In this document: piece by piece, positions 1-12,554 of the stretch
Numbering within the stretch: position 1 is the stretch's first letter
Layout: each line of letters starts with the position of its first letter
Source of the DNA: Balanoglossus misakiensis
Taxonomy: Eukaryota > Animalia > Hemichordata
Length of the DNA: 64,000 nt
NCBI GenBank assembly: GCA_040954595.2
Contig: CM082587.2
Location: forward strand, 12,116,153 to 12,180,152
Direction of reading: 5' to 3'
The notes under the pieces: model-generated
The model's input: only the letters and a program-made list of their open reading frames with translations
Database searches by the model: none
Told to the model about the DNA's origin: nothing
Program-made: the position numbers and the translations under genes

Positions 1-219
1 GTTATGACCTGACAGCTCAGTTTTTACATCATTTCTACAAATCCACAAAGAAACTGAAAGTTTAGAAAAGTCAGGCCTGTTAGAAATATTAGAAATATCA
101 CTGTTAATACTTAATTTCAAAGCCATGTGAATTTGTTCAATTTAAGAAAATTTTAAAGGAAGGGAGGATAGGTATTGACTTGAATAATTACAATGGATGT
201 TTTTGTTTTCTATTTTCAG

Positions 220-339
220 ATGTGAATGAGTGTTCAGATTCTGTTTGTGCTGGAGGTTGTCACAATGCAGAGGGTGGATTCAGCTGTAGTTGTGGTGATG
301 ATGGTTTTTCTCTGAGTGCAGACCATGTCAATTGTTCAG
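220..339 (+). CDS. Internal exon encoding a calcium-binding EGF-like domain (DVNECSDSVCAGGCHNAEGGFSCSCGDDGFSLSADHVNCS)
   Basis: Polypyrimidine tract + ttcag acceptor at 219, gtaagt donor at 340, 120 bp phase 1-1. D-x-N-E-C and C-x-N-x-x-G-x-F-x-C-x-C cbEGF pattern with 6 Cys. The exon is open, but the gene may be a pseudogene. Confidence 0.8.
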
Positions 340-2130
340 GTAAGTTTTTTTTGAGTGGGGAGGGTATAGGCTAACAACTGCTTTGCATTTCCTGCCACAA
401 AAGGGTGCTTACAGAAGTTGTAAGTTGCAGAGATTACAGCCAGTCACCATGTTAAAAAAGAAAATAATTTAAAGTTATCAGGCACTTTCCATAGTTAGAA
501 ATTAAAAATATAGCGTCAAGGACACTTGGTGCTCTCTCAGTGTGTAGTGGATGACGAGCAGAATGTTTGGAGAACAGTGCAAACACCACAGTGAAATGCT
601 GAACTGATTTGCTCATGTAATATTGAATGCAGCCTGATAACGTAGGTGCTTGACAGGGGGAAAAACCACTTGTCCTGGGCTCTAATAACTGTTTTAAATT
701 AAGTCTTAAAAATGGCCTGCACTCACAAATGGCCTCACACAAATATATTGTCATTTCCCTCTCAGATTCTGTATATTATGTTATACTGATGGAATTCATT
801 GTGTATGTCGTATCAAATTGCACCAGTGCGAGCTATGAGAAATGTGTTTTGAAAAAAAAACAGTGCTTAGAAGTACTAGTCTAAAAGTGAAAGAAATACA
901 TTTGGAAAAAAAAATATCAGACAGCATTCAAGATCAGCTGAAGTGTTTTGATAAAATTTCTCCATATTCAAGTATATACTTTCATGTGCTGACTATAGTA
1001 GTGTAGGTGGTAGCAAAAAAAATACATGAATTGTTCAAACAGAAAGTTCAATCATTTAGTTTCCCCAGTTTATGGGTGCATAGCAGTTGTGAACATAGTA
1101 TATGAAATAAATTAAAATAGTCATTGCTCTCTGGTCCATCATTTTCGGTAGAAGTGACCTGATTTCACATCAATAGTTTCCCACCCATCATTTCCAGCTA
1201 ATTTCATGTAGAACAAAACTCCTATACAACATAATAACATTTCTAGAACCTTTTTTTGATGGTTGGGCCCACAGACTAACACTAGTGGTTCTAAAAAGAA
1301 ACTTCCATAACAACCTGTACGCTTGACGCATTCAAGTCAGGGCACACCTAACCCATTCAAAATATGCAAATTAGAAAAAGACGCATATGCATTATTTGTG
1401 CCTCGAGAGACACACACAGGAAATCAAGCGAGTGTGGCCACTAGCTGAAAGAGCTGAATTCAATGGATTGCCTTACAATGTTCATGATACAAGGGGGTGA
1501 TGATCAATGAACAGAACAGCGGTCCACTTTCACGCATTGTAGTGCACTGATCATGGCAAGTTGATCATGTCAAAACAAACGACGATGTTAGATAGCAGTG
1601 CTTCGCAAGTTTGACTAATTTGTATGAAAATTGTCTCGCCAAACTTTTTTCTCGCGGGTAGCAAAAACACTGCTGGCTAATCCGTTCCGATTTCTGTCCC
1701 TGTTCCAATTCTTCCGCAACACCTCAAAGCTACACACCACCGCCAAAAACATAAAGCTAGAAAATGGTATGAATTCTTGACGGATGGAAGTAGTTTGACA
1801 GACGGTAGTAGCTCATACCCAACTTGACAGACTCCTCTGTTTACACTTCGGAGCCAAAAAAAACGAGTTTGTTGTCTCGTGCATGATATTTTTGGCTTTC
1901 AAACACTACCTTGTTAAATTTAATGTGGTTACTACATTGTTTGTTTATCAGTATACAGTACTGGTACAGATAAACATATGTAATGACCAAGTTATTTGCC
2001 AGATGATATTTATTAAGTTTCACACAATTTTGCTCTCTTGTCGTATATTTTCAAATGTGTACTCAAAGAAAACTGTAATTCACATGTATTCATTCTAATA
2101 CATTTTATGATATTTGTGTTTTCCCCGCAG

Positions 2131-2242
2131 ATGACAATGAGTGCGATCAAGCTGGTTTGTCACCATGCCAACAAGTAGGTTGCAACACACCAACCAGTTA
2201 CCAGAGTGTGGTTGCAGACCAGGATTCAACATACATGCGTTT
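2131..2242 (+). pseudogene. Degenerate calcium-binding EGF exon (DDNECDQAGLSPCQQVGCNTPTSYQ...)
   Basis: ccgcag acceptor, gtgagt donor, DDNEC motif. Length is 112 bp (not a multiple of 3) and later Cys are lost. Confidence 0.6.
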
Positions 2243-2424
2243 GTGAGTATCTACAATTTGGAGAGAAAGTAAGATGTATGGGTTTGTACTTAGTGTCTTA
2301 TACATGTATATGTGACACTGAAATCATATATTGTACAATCAGTCATTGGTAAATGTCTGCTATTCATGACACAGATCAACATACAGTCAAACCTGTTAGT
2401 GGCCACCTTTAAGGTATACTTTAG

Positions 2425-2763
2425 AGGAACAAAGTCTCTCTCTCGCTGCCTTTTATCCATTAACTATGTTTGATACTAGACACCGTTTATGTCATGTGGA
2501 TATATAGTGAATCAACGTTCGACCACACACACCTTCCATCCCATTTGAAGCATATGAGAGTAAAAATCTCGCCAAAATGAATAAACGGTAAACACCAATT
2601 ATTCAATTTGGTGACTTTTTCACTCTAGTGTCTGCAAGTGGGATGGAAGTTGTGTGTGGTTGAACGTTGATTCACTATATATCCACATGTAGAATAACAT
2701 AAACAGTGTCTTGTATCAAACATAATTTATGGAAAAGGCAGCAAGAGAGAGACTTTGTCCCAT
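2425..2763. mobile_element. Palindromic MITE, same family as 56738-57082 (Kolobok-type)
   Basis: Long imperfect inverted arms: acaaagtctctctctcgctgccttttatccattaactatgtttgatac ... gtatcaaacataatttatggaaaaggcagcaagagagagactttgtcc. Ends are degenerate. Confidence 0.7.
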
Positions 2764-2764
2764 T

Positions 2765-3945
2765 TCACCCAAGTTCTCTCTTTAGAGGTCGTACATTCCA
2801 TAGGAAACAATGCGTTTGGACTGAACCATGGCTTTGAAAGGGTTTTGCATTGACAGGATTGTGATCAGAGAGTTCCAAGCAGTCTACAGAGACACTCTTG
2901 ATGTTAGACGCAGAGTTAGATACAATGAGATCAAGAGTATGACCCTTTCTGTGTGTTGGTTGTTGGACCCATTGTTTCAGATTACAGGCGCTGATGATTC
3001 CATTGAATTTCTGTGTTACTGGATTCTTATCATCTTCTAGGTGAATATTGAAATCTCCTACGATGAAGAGATTACTTGAGCAGGTGACATACTTCTCAAG
3101 TGTTGTACTGAACTCTTCCATGAACTGTGGTGCAGTGAACTTATTCTTAACTGATGGTGGTGGACGGAAGACAAGAATTATTTTCATGGAAAGTTTCTGG
3201 TGAAGAATAGTTGCTTCCGCTGCCTCAAAAGATTTAAACCCCGGTGCGGCGTATAAAAGACCCCCCAAATCAGTGGCGAATCTTAATGCCGTTTGCCTGA
3301 CAACAGACAACACCAACGATCTTGGCTCTATGAAAATCGGCCCAAACAGGTCCAAGCATAAAGAATTACACCACACAACGACAGTAGTTGGCTTTATAAA
3401 CACACACAACATACAGTTATCGACGAAAAAGTACACGAGCTTATGAAACAACGATGATTTTGGGAGAAATCTGGTTTCAGTGCTTTTCAGAAGCGTCCCT
3501 GGGAAACAATAACCACGCCATTGAAACAGTTGTCAATCGCGTGGAAGTGTGAAGTGTTCAATTATTTTCTGTGTACATGAGAGCCATTACACAGTCATTA
3601 TGCACGACGACCACTCCCAAATAAACAACTATACAAACACACGTTAATCCGAACCCCAGGACTTTCCGCACCGGGGTTTAACAGAGAGAATAGGCTTCCA
3701 AGCTGTTAATTTTAGTGCTAGCTTATGAATTTAAGCTAAGCCTCCACCGATCTTGCCAACCCCAGGTAGATGTTTGACAGCATAGCCTGGTGGTGTGCAT
3801 TCAGCCATTACGTGTTCGTCACCAGATTCCTTCAACCATGTTTCAGTGAGTACAAGAATATCAATGTCTTTATCTGTGATGTAGTCTGCAATGTCTAATG
3901 ATTTGCATCCAGCTGAGCGGACATTCCATGTAGAGAGTAGAAGTT
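2765..3945 (-). mobile_element. Non-LTR retrotransposon (L2/CR1 group) apurinic-like endonuclease fragment
   Basis: Minus-strand translation gives LSTWNVRSAGCKSLDIADYITDKDIDILVLTETW (~3835-3940) and FIVGDFNIH...PTHRKGHTLDLIV...LSDH (ORF 2765-3451), canonical APE motifs. Interrupted by a MITE. Confidence 0.85.
3238..3677. mobile_element. piggyBac-type MITE inserted in the LINE endonuclease
   Basis: TTAA flanks (3234-3237, 3678-3681) and 12-bp perfect TIR accccggtgcgg/ccgcaccggggt. Removing it rejoins the LINE sequence as LSVKSFE. Confidence 0.7.
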
Positions 3946-4819
3946 CACACGTATTGTGGATAGGATGGATCTTGAATAAGTTGCATAGTCACTCTTCAAT
4001 AGATATTTAGTGACTCGCTAACTGTTGCGATTCGTGTGTGTGTAATTTACGTACTTCAAGTTAAATATCGCAACTAGCCATAATGTTTGACTAGGGGGAG
4101 CACCTATACTAATGCGAGAACCAGGGATTGAAAGTTGCACCTGTGTTTTGATCCCTTAGTTACCCTTATAAGTACATTTGTTGTTCAATAACCATAGTTC
4201 TATTGCAAACCATTCTTTTCGTAGTTTCTTATTTCAAATATTGTAATCTGAATTTATTTTGGTGTTTAACAGGTGTGATTATCTGTATTGGCGGCCATTT
4301 TGAAAATAATTGGTTGCCATGGAAACTCTTTAACAGATATTTAGTGACTCGCTATCTGAATTTGTTCAGTACACATTAACACACATCTGAGCCAAGTTTG
4401 GTGCTTTTATCACAAAATACACAATCGATATGAAAATTTGGGTTTTGGTGCTCCACTACATAAGTAACATTAAGGATGTACGTTCAGTAAAATTGAAAGT
4501 ATTGTCATTTTTTTTAATTGTGGATTTTTTTATTCTCCTTTGTATGTATAATAAAAATCCGTAATTAAATATAGGGGTCACTGGGCTTGTTTTTGAAATA
4601 CAGAGCCATGAATTTGGTCGATAATAGAAGAAATCTGCTGACTCAGCATTTTTCACCAGCGGTTTGTCTATGGGCAAAATTCTTAACGCAATTTATCTCA
4701 AAAAAGAGCACGGTGACCCCTATATTTTATTTGACCAATGAATTTATATTTGCTGGACTGAGCTATGTGTAAAATTTCGTTAAAATGACAATAGTAGAAG
4801 TTTGTTTTCTGGCGATTAT

Positions 4820-5619
4820 TATGTATAATTCCCCCGTATTTGAACGAGTGTGCCTGCGTCGCGGACGAGTGATTCCCCGTATAGCGGCCGTATCCCTCCG
4901 AGCCATTCTATACTGGGAATCGAGAGTTCGCGACGCAGGTACACGAGTGAGGAATACGGGGGAATTATATGTTTATCACATACATAGATCCGCTAATTTT
5001 GATTTTCAAATAAATCTCTTTGTGGTTGCGATAAAATTTGTAACTATTTTGTGCAAAATTGAAGATCGATGTTATGCGGTCTATCTGTCAGGTGACTCAG
5101 GTCACGACCTGGACGATTCTGGTTTTGGCGAGGACCCGTCTGTCGTGCGTCAGCAGGATTTTATCGTCCGTCAAGGTTTCACTGGAGCAGGAAACCTTTC
5201 TTATGCCTTTTGCTTCATGACTAGACCGTTTTGCTCTAATCGTCGCATCAAAATTTTTGCGAATACTCAGTTTTGTACCTGTTGCTCGTTCGACAACGCG
5301 ACGACATTGGCTCAGCACTGACGACCTTGCGATAGTTTTGGTGCCGGTTGGTGCGATAAAAATGTACACAGGTAAAACTAATCGTCGATCGTCCATATTT
5401 ACACATACGAAACATTTTATTTATCTTTGATTATTTTTAAAATCGAAATAAAACCAACAATTGCACTGAATTTTGTCGCCCTAAGAGGACTTTGTTTACA
5501 AGTTTAAAATAGTTCCGTTTGGTGACGTCAGAGGGATGGGTATTACAATAACGCTTGGTGCAAATTTACCTACGTCTGACGTCATACTATGGTATATGCG
5601 GAGCTATGTATGTGATAAT
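4820..5619. mobile_element. Non-autonomous element with two abutting inverted-repeat modules, no true TSD (Crypton-like by inference); copy 1 only
   Basis: Absent from copies 2 and 3 (gcgattat|caatgtaat). Imperfect ~146-bp hairpin at 4824-4969, then IR ttatcacatacatagatccgc (4973-4993) / gcggagctatgtatgtgataa (5598-5618). Confidence 0.75.
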
Positions 5620-6083
5620 CAATGTAATCCTATGGGAAAAAGACCGGGCGCACAGTGTTTCCAGTTTATGTTCTGCGCGTACATCCTTGATGAAGTTTGC
5701 TGGCTAGAGGGCTCCTAAACCTCCCTAATATTTAACGTCTTCACTCCTACAGGACTGCGCAGTTGGAAGTTACAGTTCAGCATGTTCTGAAGCATGCACG
5801 CTGTGTCCAAGGGTTTCATGTGTGGAACAGCCAGCCTCTCATCACCAACACAATGCGGACAGGGATATTTTGCCAACAATGGAAGTATAGACTGTACGCC
5901 TTGTCCTGCCCTGGGTATAAGTGCCAATATGATGGTATGTCGGAGCCAGAGGTCTGTGAAGATGGATACTACACTAATATAGAGGGTGAGTCAGCACTTA
6001 AAGTTTGGGCATTACTGTGTAATCTTTCACTTAAGGCAGACGATCATCTTATGTGCATGTGCGTAATTCTGTGCGTACAAACA

Positions 6084-7397
6084 TATGGGGTGCCATGTGT
6101 TAACTTATTATTTAGCTAAATTATTTGTTCAAAAGTCGTTATTTAACATACTTATATGTATGTAATTATAGATTTGCAAACCATTTAAGTCCTGACAATT
6201 TATTTATAAATAATTTCAAGTCGATTCAATTATATACATAAAATGTATTTTTATGCTCTTTTATTTATATATAATAAATTATTTATAAACAATGTCAGTG
6301 TCAGTCTATTATATATATATCATGAGTGATGTACATAATTATTTATATATAATTAATAATTTATAAATAAAAAAAAATTTAAGTGTATTATATATATATC
6401 ATGAGTGATTTATAAATAATTTAAGTGCAAGTCTATTATATATATATCATGAGTGATTTACATTATATAATGAATTATATATAAATAAGTGATTTCTAAA
6501 CCATGAAAAAATGCACTCGCGCCGTTTGTCAACTTATTATTTAACGCAAACTTATTATTTAACGCAAACTCATTATTTAAGGCCTGTTCACACAACCCCT
6601 TGCATTTGGATCATTACGCACACATATAGTCCCCACACGTGAACAAGAAATGCACATTACGTGTGGTCATTTCATTTTTATTATACTCCTTTCAAAGGTT
6701 AGATGAAACACCGAAAAAGGTATCAACTAGTTAGTGATTTTAGCCCGTGATTGCAATGTTTGATTGAAACGCAAAAAGCTGATCGATAGCTCTACATTGT
6801 GGTCTCTGAGGTCAAAGGTTGGCCGGTCATGGCGGTACCATTATTAAAATAGGGGCCAGTCATCAAAACGTAAGTGAGCCAAAAAACTACAGGTCAGATA
6901 AATTGTTTTCTCGTAAATTCAACATTAGAATCAAATTTGGCGTTGGAAACAAACGGCGGGTCGCCAGTTCCTGGTCTGGAGGCTGGTAGAGTCACGTCTT
7001 GAAGACTGGCCCCTATTTTAATAATGGCATTGTCATGACCGGCCAACCTTTGACCTCAGAGACCACAATGTAGAGCTATCGATCAGCTTTTTATAATACA
7101 CTTAAATTTTTTTGTTTATAAATAATTAATTAAATATAAATAATTATGTACATCACTCATGATATATATATAATAGACTGACACTGACATTGTTTATAAA
7201 TAATTTATTATATATAAATAAAAGAGCATAAAATACATTTTATGTATATAATTGAATCGACTTGAAATTATTTATAAATAAATTGTCAGGACTTAAATGG
7301 TTTGCAAATCTATAATTACATACATATAAGTATGTTAAATAACGACTTTTGAACAAATAATTTAGCTAAATAATAAGTTAACACATGGCACCCCATA
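6084..7397. mobile_element. 1.3-kb foldback DNA element with ~300-bp AT-rich TIRs; copy 1 only
   Basis: Termini tatggggtgccatgtgttaac / gttaacacatggcaccccata. TSD caaaca (6 bp; 8-bp acaaacat under an alternative boundary). Empty site gcgtacaaacattatg in copies 2 and 3. Confidence 0.9.
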
Positions 7398-9308
7398 CAA
7401 ACATTACGTCCAGTCCAAATATTCTGCCAATTTTACATCCAATGCATTCAAATAGTGGACTGCTTCGCTTTCATCCAGTTTTCATGTGCATCGTATAAGT
7501 AGACTTTTGTTTTGTCCCGTCTTTTCACCGAATTTGCTCTTTTCCAAATCTCCGACACAGACTATGATCGTCACATTCTTGTCTGTTGTTAGAACAGCAC
7601 ACTGCCATATGGCATTGACTGTATACAGTTTCTGTTACCAATATCTCTGGTTTGGCATTTTCCTGTCCTCAATCTTTTGCCAGGGATTTTTGTGTCCCCA
7701 ACCCGCGTGAGAATCCCACGTCTTTGAAAGTATGACTGTGACAATAAGATTTTATAAATCTCTGTTTATTTTCAGCACAAACATCATGTGCTGATTGCCC
7801 AGCTGGTAACCAATGTCCAAATGGTAACACTGTGATTTTATGCTCGGCTGGTTATTACAGTTCGGCCTTGGACAAAGGATGTCTCGCTGTACCTCTTGCA
7901 TAACAGGTAAACTTCTACCCACCCACCTTTATTTCCAACATCAAACATTAGGTCAGGTAATTTACTAACTGAAAAATAGGATGGGAACATTTTCCATTTC
8001 TGTATTTAAAATTTACTGATATAATATATGAATGAAAAAATGACAATTTTTCCAAATTTGAATAGACCTCTATTTATGAAAATAATTAAAATTTGCGCCA
8101 ATTTTTTACAGTGGTATTCAAAGGTTAACTTGGTGTGTAAATTCTTTGTTTGATTTACAGATCAGCCGGTGCTGAACAGTGTAGTATTTGTGAGCAAGGG
8201 TACGCCTGCACAGATCCCAGTGCATCGCAATTCAAGTGTACCAAGGGTTACGTGTCATTGGCTGGTGCAACAAACTGTACCAGATGTACAAATGGTAAAA
8301 TTGTGGTACTTGTTCAGTTTGCTGTGTGATGAAACTGAGTGGTATGTGTGTATGCATGTATGTGTTTACAACAGATTTTCAAGTCAGTGCGACTGGGGTT
8401 ATGTGTGTGTGTGTATGTATGTGGTATGTGTTTACAACAGATTATCAACTCAGTGCGAAATCTTGCGAGACCCGGTTAGCCATGTGAGATCTCGCAGAGT
8501 CTTATGATATTCAGAAAATGGTTGATTAGAAATGACGTTTAATGTCCTCCTAAGAATTTTCTACATGCCCGTATACTTGTCTCAGAATTATGAAGTGAAT
8601 CATCTCAAGTAATTTGTTATTTTAAATGACACTGTATCACAAATACTTCACTAAAAACCTCATTTTCTTTAATCAGATGAAATAAGTGAGGAGCCTGCAC
8701 GCACATCCTGTCTTCTGTGCCCTGCTGGACAATCGTGTTCAGATCCAATGTAAGATCCGCTTGACTGTGGCAATGGTGAATATGCTATGGAAGGCGACGG
8801 CACATGCACGCCTTGTCCAGCAGGATCCAAGTGTCCAACCATGTCACCCGTAGTTGATTGTTCAACAGTTACTGGTAAGTTGGGCTGCAAATTACTCTTG
8901 TGACTTCCCTGTGTTATAGCATGACATACACAGAAAATTAAACTGTTATGCTCATTGGAGTTGATATTGTGATGCACTTTGAAAAACACAATGATTCCAC
9001 TGAAGAGGTATTGTACAGTAACACCTGTGATTAATGACATCTCTCTAATAAGGGATCGTTGGACCAAACCAATCGTTCTTTGAATTTTTTCTGTGATAGG
9101 TTCATACTCGCTAGGTTCGGCCACGTCCTTCTGGTTATGAATGCACAACTACAAGTGTCACACAGTGCGCTACAGGGCAGTAAAGTGTTGAAGGAGGTAA
9201 GTCTTGAAATCTCTTTTCTTCTGGTCTCGATTTGAACATGGTTCCACAAGTTGTTTACATCACTTGTAGTTTTACATATTTTTTGAGTTCAACAGCTATG
9301 CTATACAT

Positions 9309-9958
9309 GGTGTCCTGAGAAGTCGACCAGTATGAGAAGTCGGTATCGGCCAGTACGAGAAGTCGGCCTGTGGGAGAGAACCCTGGTACTTTGTGTTATG
9401 TATAACTGTTTCACTACGAAATGTTTCCTTGATGTACAGGAGCTGAGATATTTGTACAAATAGCCGATGAATTTTAAAACTGTCTGTTCACTTTTCATGT
9501 ACGTCACCGGGGTACGTCAACATCAGTCACCTGCACTTCTTGAGCTGCGCCAGTAGTCTGTTCCTTGTCACGTTTGTTTGTTTGTTTGTTTGGTGTTGTC
9601 TCAGAAAGTATGAATATACACATACATCTTCTATGTATTTTAGTAGGCTTTGAAACAACTCCCTTTAATCAGAAATGTCACAGGAATTTGGCGAACAACC
9701 TAAGCTCCTTACGCGGATACGGGGCTGGGGAACTGGTACGGATGCCAGACGCCATTATTTGAAATGACGCCATTGTGTTGTCAAGAATTTGGGAAATCCG
9801 TCCAAATGAAAATATTTAGTGCAATTATATTTTATTAAGTGTTGTTATAAGTAATCTGGGTCATCACTGCACTATTCGGGTACAAGTTCAACAACTGGCC
9901 GACTTCTCGTACTGGCCGACTTCTCATACGCGCGTACTGGCCGACTTCTCATGTATTC
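9309..9958. mobile_element. MITE with subterminal tandem gagaagtcggccagta repeats (Mutator-like by inference); also at ~31333-31990 and ~56392-57392
   Basis: Three gagaagtcg repeats at the left end are mirrored by ggccgacttctc repeats at the right end. Flanked by ctatacat direct repeat. Confidence 0.7.
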
Positions 9959-10387
9959 CTATACATTAGTGAAAATTGGGGAAACTGGTGTTTTCAGACA
10001 ACTTATGAAGTCCCTTTCGCAATATTAACTCTAAAACAGTGGGTGATATTCCTTTTAAAATTTAACCAAATAAGCATACTTGAACTCTGTCATATTGGCA
10101 AAACACTCACTACACAAGCTGTTGTTATTCTACAGACATGACATGTGCTGATTGCGGCGTAGGTAACTACTGTCCAGATGGGTCAGACAGCCCCATTCCT
10201 TGTCCATCAAGTTATTATGCTGACACAGCCACAGAAGTATCCTGTACCCCTTGCGATCCAGGCTGTCAGTGTGCAGCAACATCACCCACTTGCCTGCACA
10301 TCAAGAACCTACTCTCTGGGACCATCAACAACATGTACTCCCCTTCTACCAGGTTTGTAGTCGTCTTAGTCGTAAAAACATATTTAA

Positions 10388-11087
10388 GGTGTTGCGCACC
10401 TCGAAATAAAGGGTCGTCTGATCATGTTAAAATTAATACTGATGATACTATGACTTCTAAACATTTAATCTATGGAATAAAAATTGGGGGTCAACCATCT
10501 AGAGTTTTGAAAAAGCGCCCTTTATCTAGCACCTCTTTCAGATTTTGCCAGGCTCGTAGATTTTTGTAAAATGGCCTCAAAAATAAGAATTTTGGAAGGT
10601 TTGTCATATTTTTTCACCATTGTAGAATCTAAATGTTCTGAATTATTTTATTTTTAGCAATTTTGAGATTGCTTCATGTTCAGTATGATAATCGCATGTC
10701 AATACAGCTGTTACATTAAAGGAAAAGTTCAAATCCGCCTAAAACCACATTGCATTGGTACCTAGTTAAGTTGTCCTCACTTCTGACGCAAAATTTTGAT
10801 GTGCAATGCACGTGTCTGTGAAATTGACGAATAAAAAAATTGTATACCAGTGCAAAATTAAAAACTCCCTGTGCAGCCTTCTTGGCAACTGCATGCTGGG
10901 AAAAGTACTCGGATGATGACGAAAAAGTTTCGGGGTTCCGGGTAGTGCTACCCCGGAATACAATGTTGGGTGCAGACTCCAACTATGGAAAAGAAATGCA
11001 GAATGTCATGTGATATAGTAGTGAAAACAAATACACGTTGGTTCACGTATTTCAGCTCTCAGCAATCAGGGTGCATTAAAAGGCCTT
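10388..11087. mobile_element. Probable old TTAA-targeting (Kolobok-type) non-autonomous DNA transposon; host of the Gypsy insertion in copy 2
   Basis: Begins ttaa|ggtgttgcgcacctcga. The right end (cagggtgcattaaaaggcctt) is only weakly complementary, so the boundary is uncertain. Confidence 0.35.
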
Positions 11088-11748
11088 GATTGGTGTGATA
11101 TTCACAATTGATGATTATAAATACTTACAGTTGTATACTGTTTTATTTTGTAAATATTGTGTACATTTGCAGCAATGAATCCGTGCGAACACAAACCTTA
11201 ACCCATGCCGGAATGCTGGTACTTGCCAAGCAATCCAGGGATCTTGTACAGGCGTCACATGTCTATGTGCTGGCTGCTACCTGGGCTTCACATGTGAAAC
11301 ACGTGAGTACAGTACTTTGTCATTTATTAAAAAATCTAAGTGCTGAGGTACATTGTAGTAATAATAGCAGGTGTAGTCATTATCATCATCATCATCATCT
11401 TTAAGTCAGTCATATGATCGGTAATAAAAACAGTAAAATCACCAGTATAAAAACATAACAGAGAAATAATGAACGTGTACTGGTGTTACCATAGGTAACT
11501 GTTGTATAAAATTTTGAATTCCTGTCTTCCAGTTCCTAATCCATGCTTCACTAGTCCTTGTCTCAATGGAGGTACCTGCCAACAACAGGCAAATTCTTGT
11601 ACTGCCACCATTGGCATGTGCACAGAGTGTTACTAGGGAAACAGGTGTGAGACAAGTAAGTTTGAATCTATAGCAGTTAATAATGATAATTATCATTTTT
11701 TTTATTATGATTTAAACTTCACTGATGTTGTACAAACACAAAAATAGA

Positions 11749-12208
11749 AATAATAATAATAATAATAATTTATTTGTATAGCGTCAGTATCCACAAAAAA
11801 TGTGATCAATGACGCTTAAAGCAAAAGTACAATACAACAATTGGCTAAAAAACAGATTTAAAAAGTAAAGTTTTAACATTTGTTTTAAAAACAGATAAGT
11901 CTGGTGCCTGGTGAATGGTGAGTGGAAGATTATCCCAAAGAATTGGAGCAGCAACAGTAAAAGCACGATCACCATAACTCTTGGTGCGTGATCGAACAGG
12001 GCAGAGTTTGAACTGATCAGCTGACCTCAAATTGCCACACGGAACATATAGATTAGTCATGCTAGAAAGATAGATTGGACCAAGTTTATGAATGGATTTA
12101 AAAATGAGAACTAACATCTTAAAAACAATACGCTGTGTAACAGGTAGCCAGTGCAACTGATACAAAATTGGAGTGATGTGACAGGTGATTTTTGAACGAG
12201 TAACAATT
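11749..12208 (-). mobile_element. L2-clade LINE 3' fragment (also ~38270-38732, ~59192-59658)
   Basis: LHWLPVTQRIVFKMLVLIFK...YGDRAFTVAAPILWDNLP ORF2 C-terminus, 3' end cgctatacaaataaa plus (TTA)n tail. Confidence 0.85.
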
Positions 12209-12431
12209 AGAAACGGACAGCAGCTTAGCTCTATTCCTTTTCCAAAGTGTTTGTTCTTTTAAACTACCTGTTTTTTATTTATTCTGATTATGCTAATATG
12301 CTAATTTGTCGGTTTGTCACATCACAATTTTTGTAGGAAACTCACCCCTGGGATTTTTTTTCAGCCACTTACATACATTCATAATCACATGACATTGATG
12401 ATCATGGAAAATTTGACCCTTTTCCTTGTAG

Positions 12432-12554
12432 GACTCAACCAGTGTCCACCAAATCCGTGCCAGAATGGTGGCTTCTGTCAACCGGCTCGAAATTCCTGCT
12501 TTGATCTCACCTGCATATGTACTGGTTGCTACAAAGGTGATAGGTGTGAGATAT
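12432..12554 (+). CDS. Open 8-Cys EGF-like exon GLNQCPPNPCQNGGFCQPARNSCFDLTCICTGCYKGDRCEI (copies at 38960-39082, 59886-60008)
   Basis: ttgtag acceptor, gtaagt donor, 123 bp, no lesion. Whether it is expressed is unknown. Confidence 0.55.

Larger units (their letters stand above)
5753..10352 (+). pseudogene. Six decayed Cys-rich repeat exons (ephrin-receptor-like/GCC2_GCC3-type), copy 1: 5753-5985, 7776-7906, 8161-8294, 8677-8874, 9100-9196, 10136-10352
   Basis: AG/GT-bounded exons with CxxCPAGxxC, CxxGYY and CTPC motifs (e.g. TSCADCPAGNQCPNG, GTCTPCPAGSKCP). In-frame TAA (DPM*DPL; GQ*SVE) and frameshifts. Confidence 0.8.

Noticed and set aside
1270-1860. Possible DNA transposon remnant
   Set aside because: Composition suggests a repeat, but no convincing TIR pair or TSD was found.
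4785-5321. 178-aa ORF as a transposase or recombinase
   Set aside because: Starts outside the insertion, runs through the hairpin and lacks catalytic motifs.
8669-9148. 159-aa minus-strand ORF present in all copies
   Set aside because: Antisense shadow of Cys-rich exons and intron, with no recognisable domain.
9309-9958. CRISPR-like short repeats (gagaagtcggccagta)
   Set aside because: No unique spacers of regular length, repeats are inverted at the two ends of a MITE, eukaryotic context, no cas genes.
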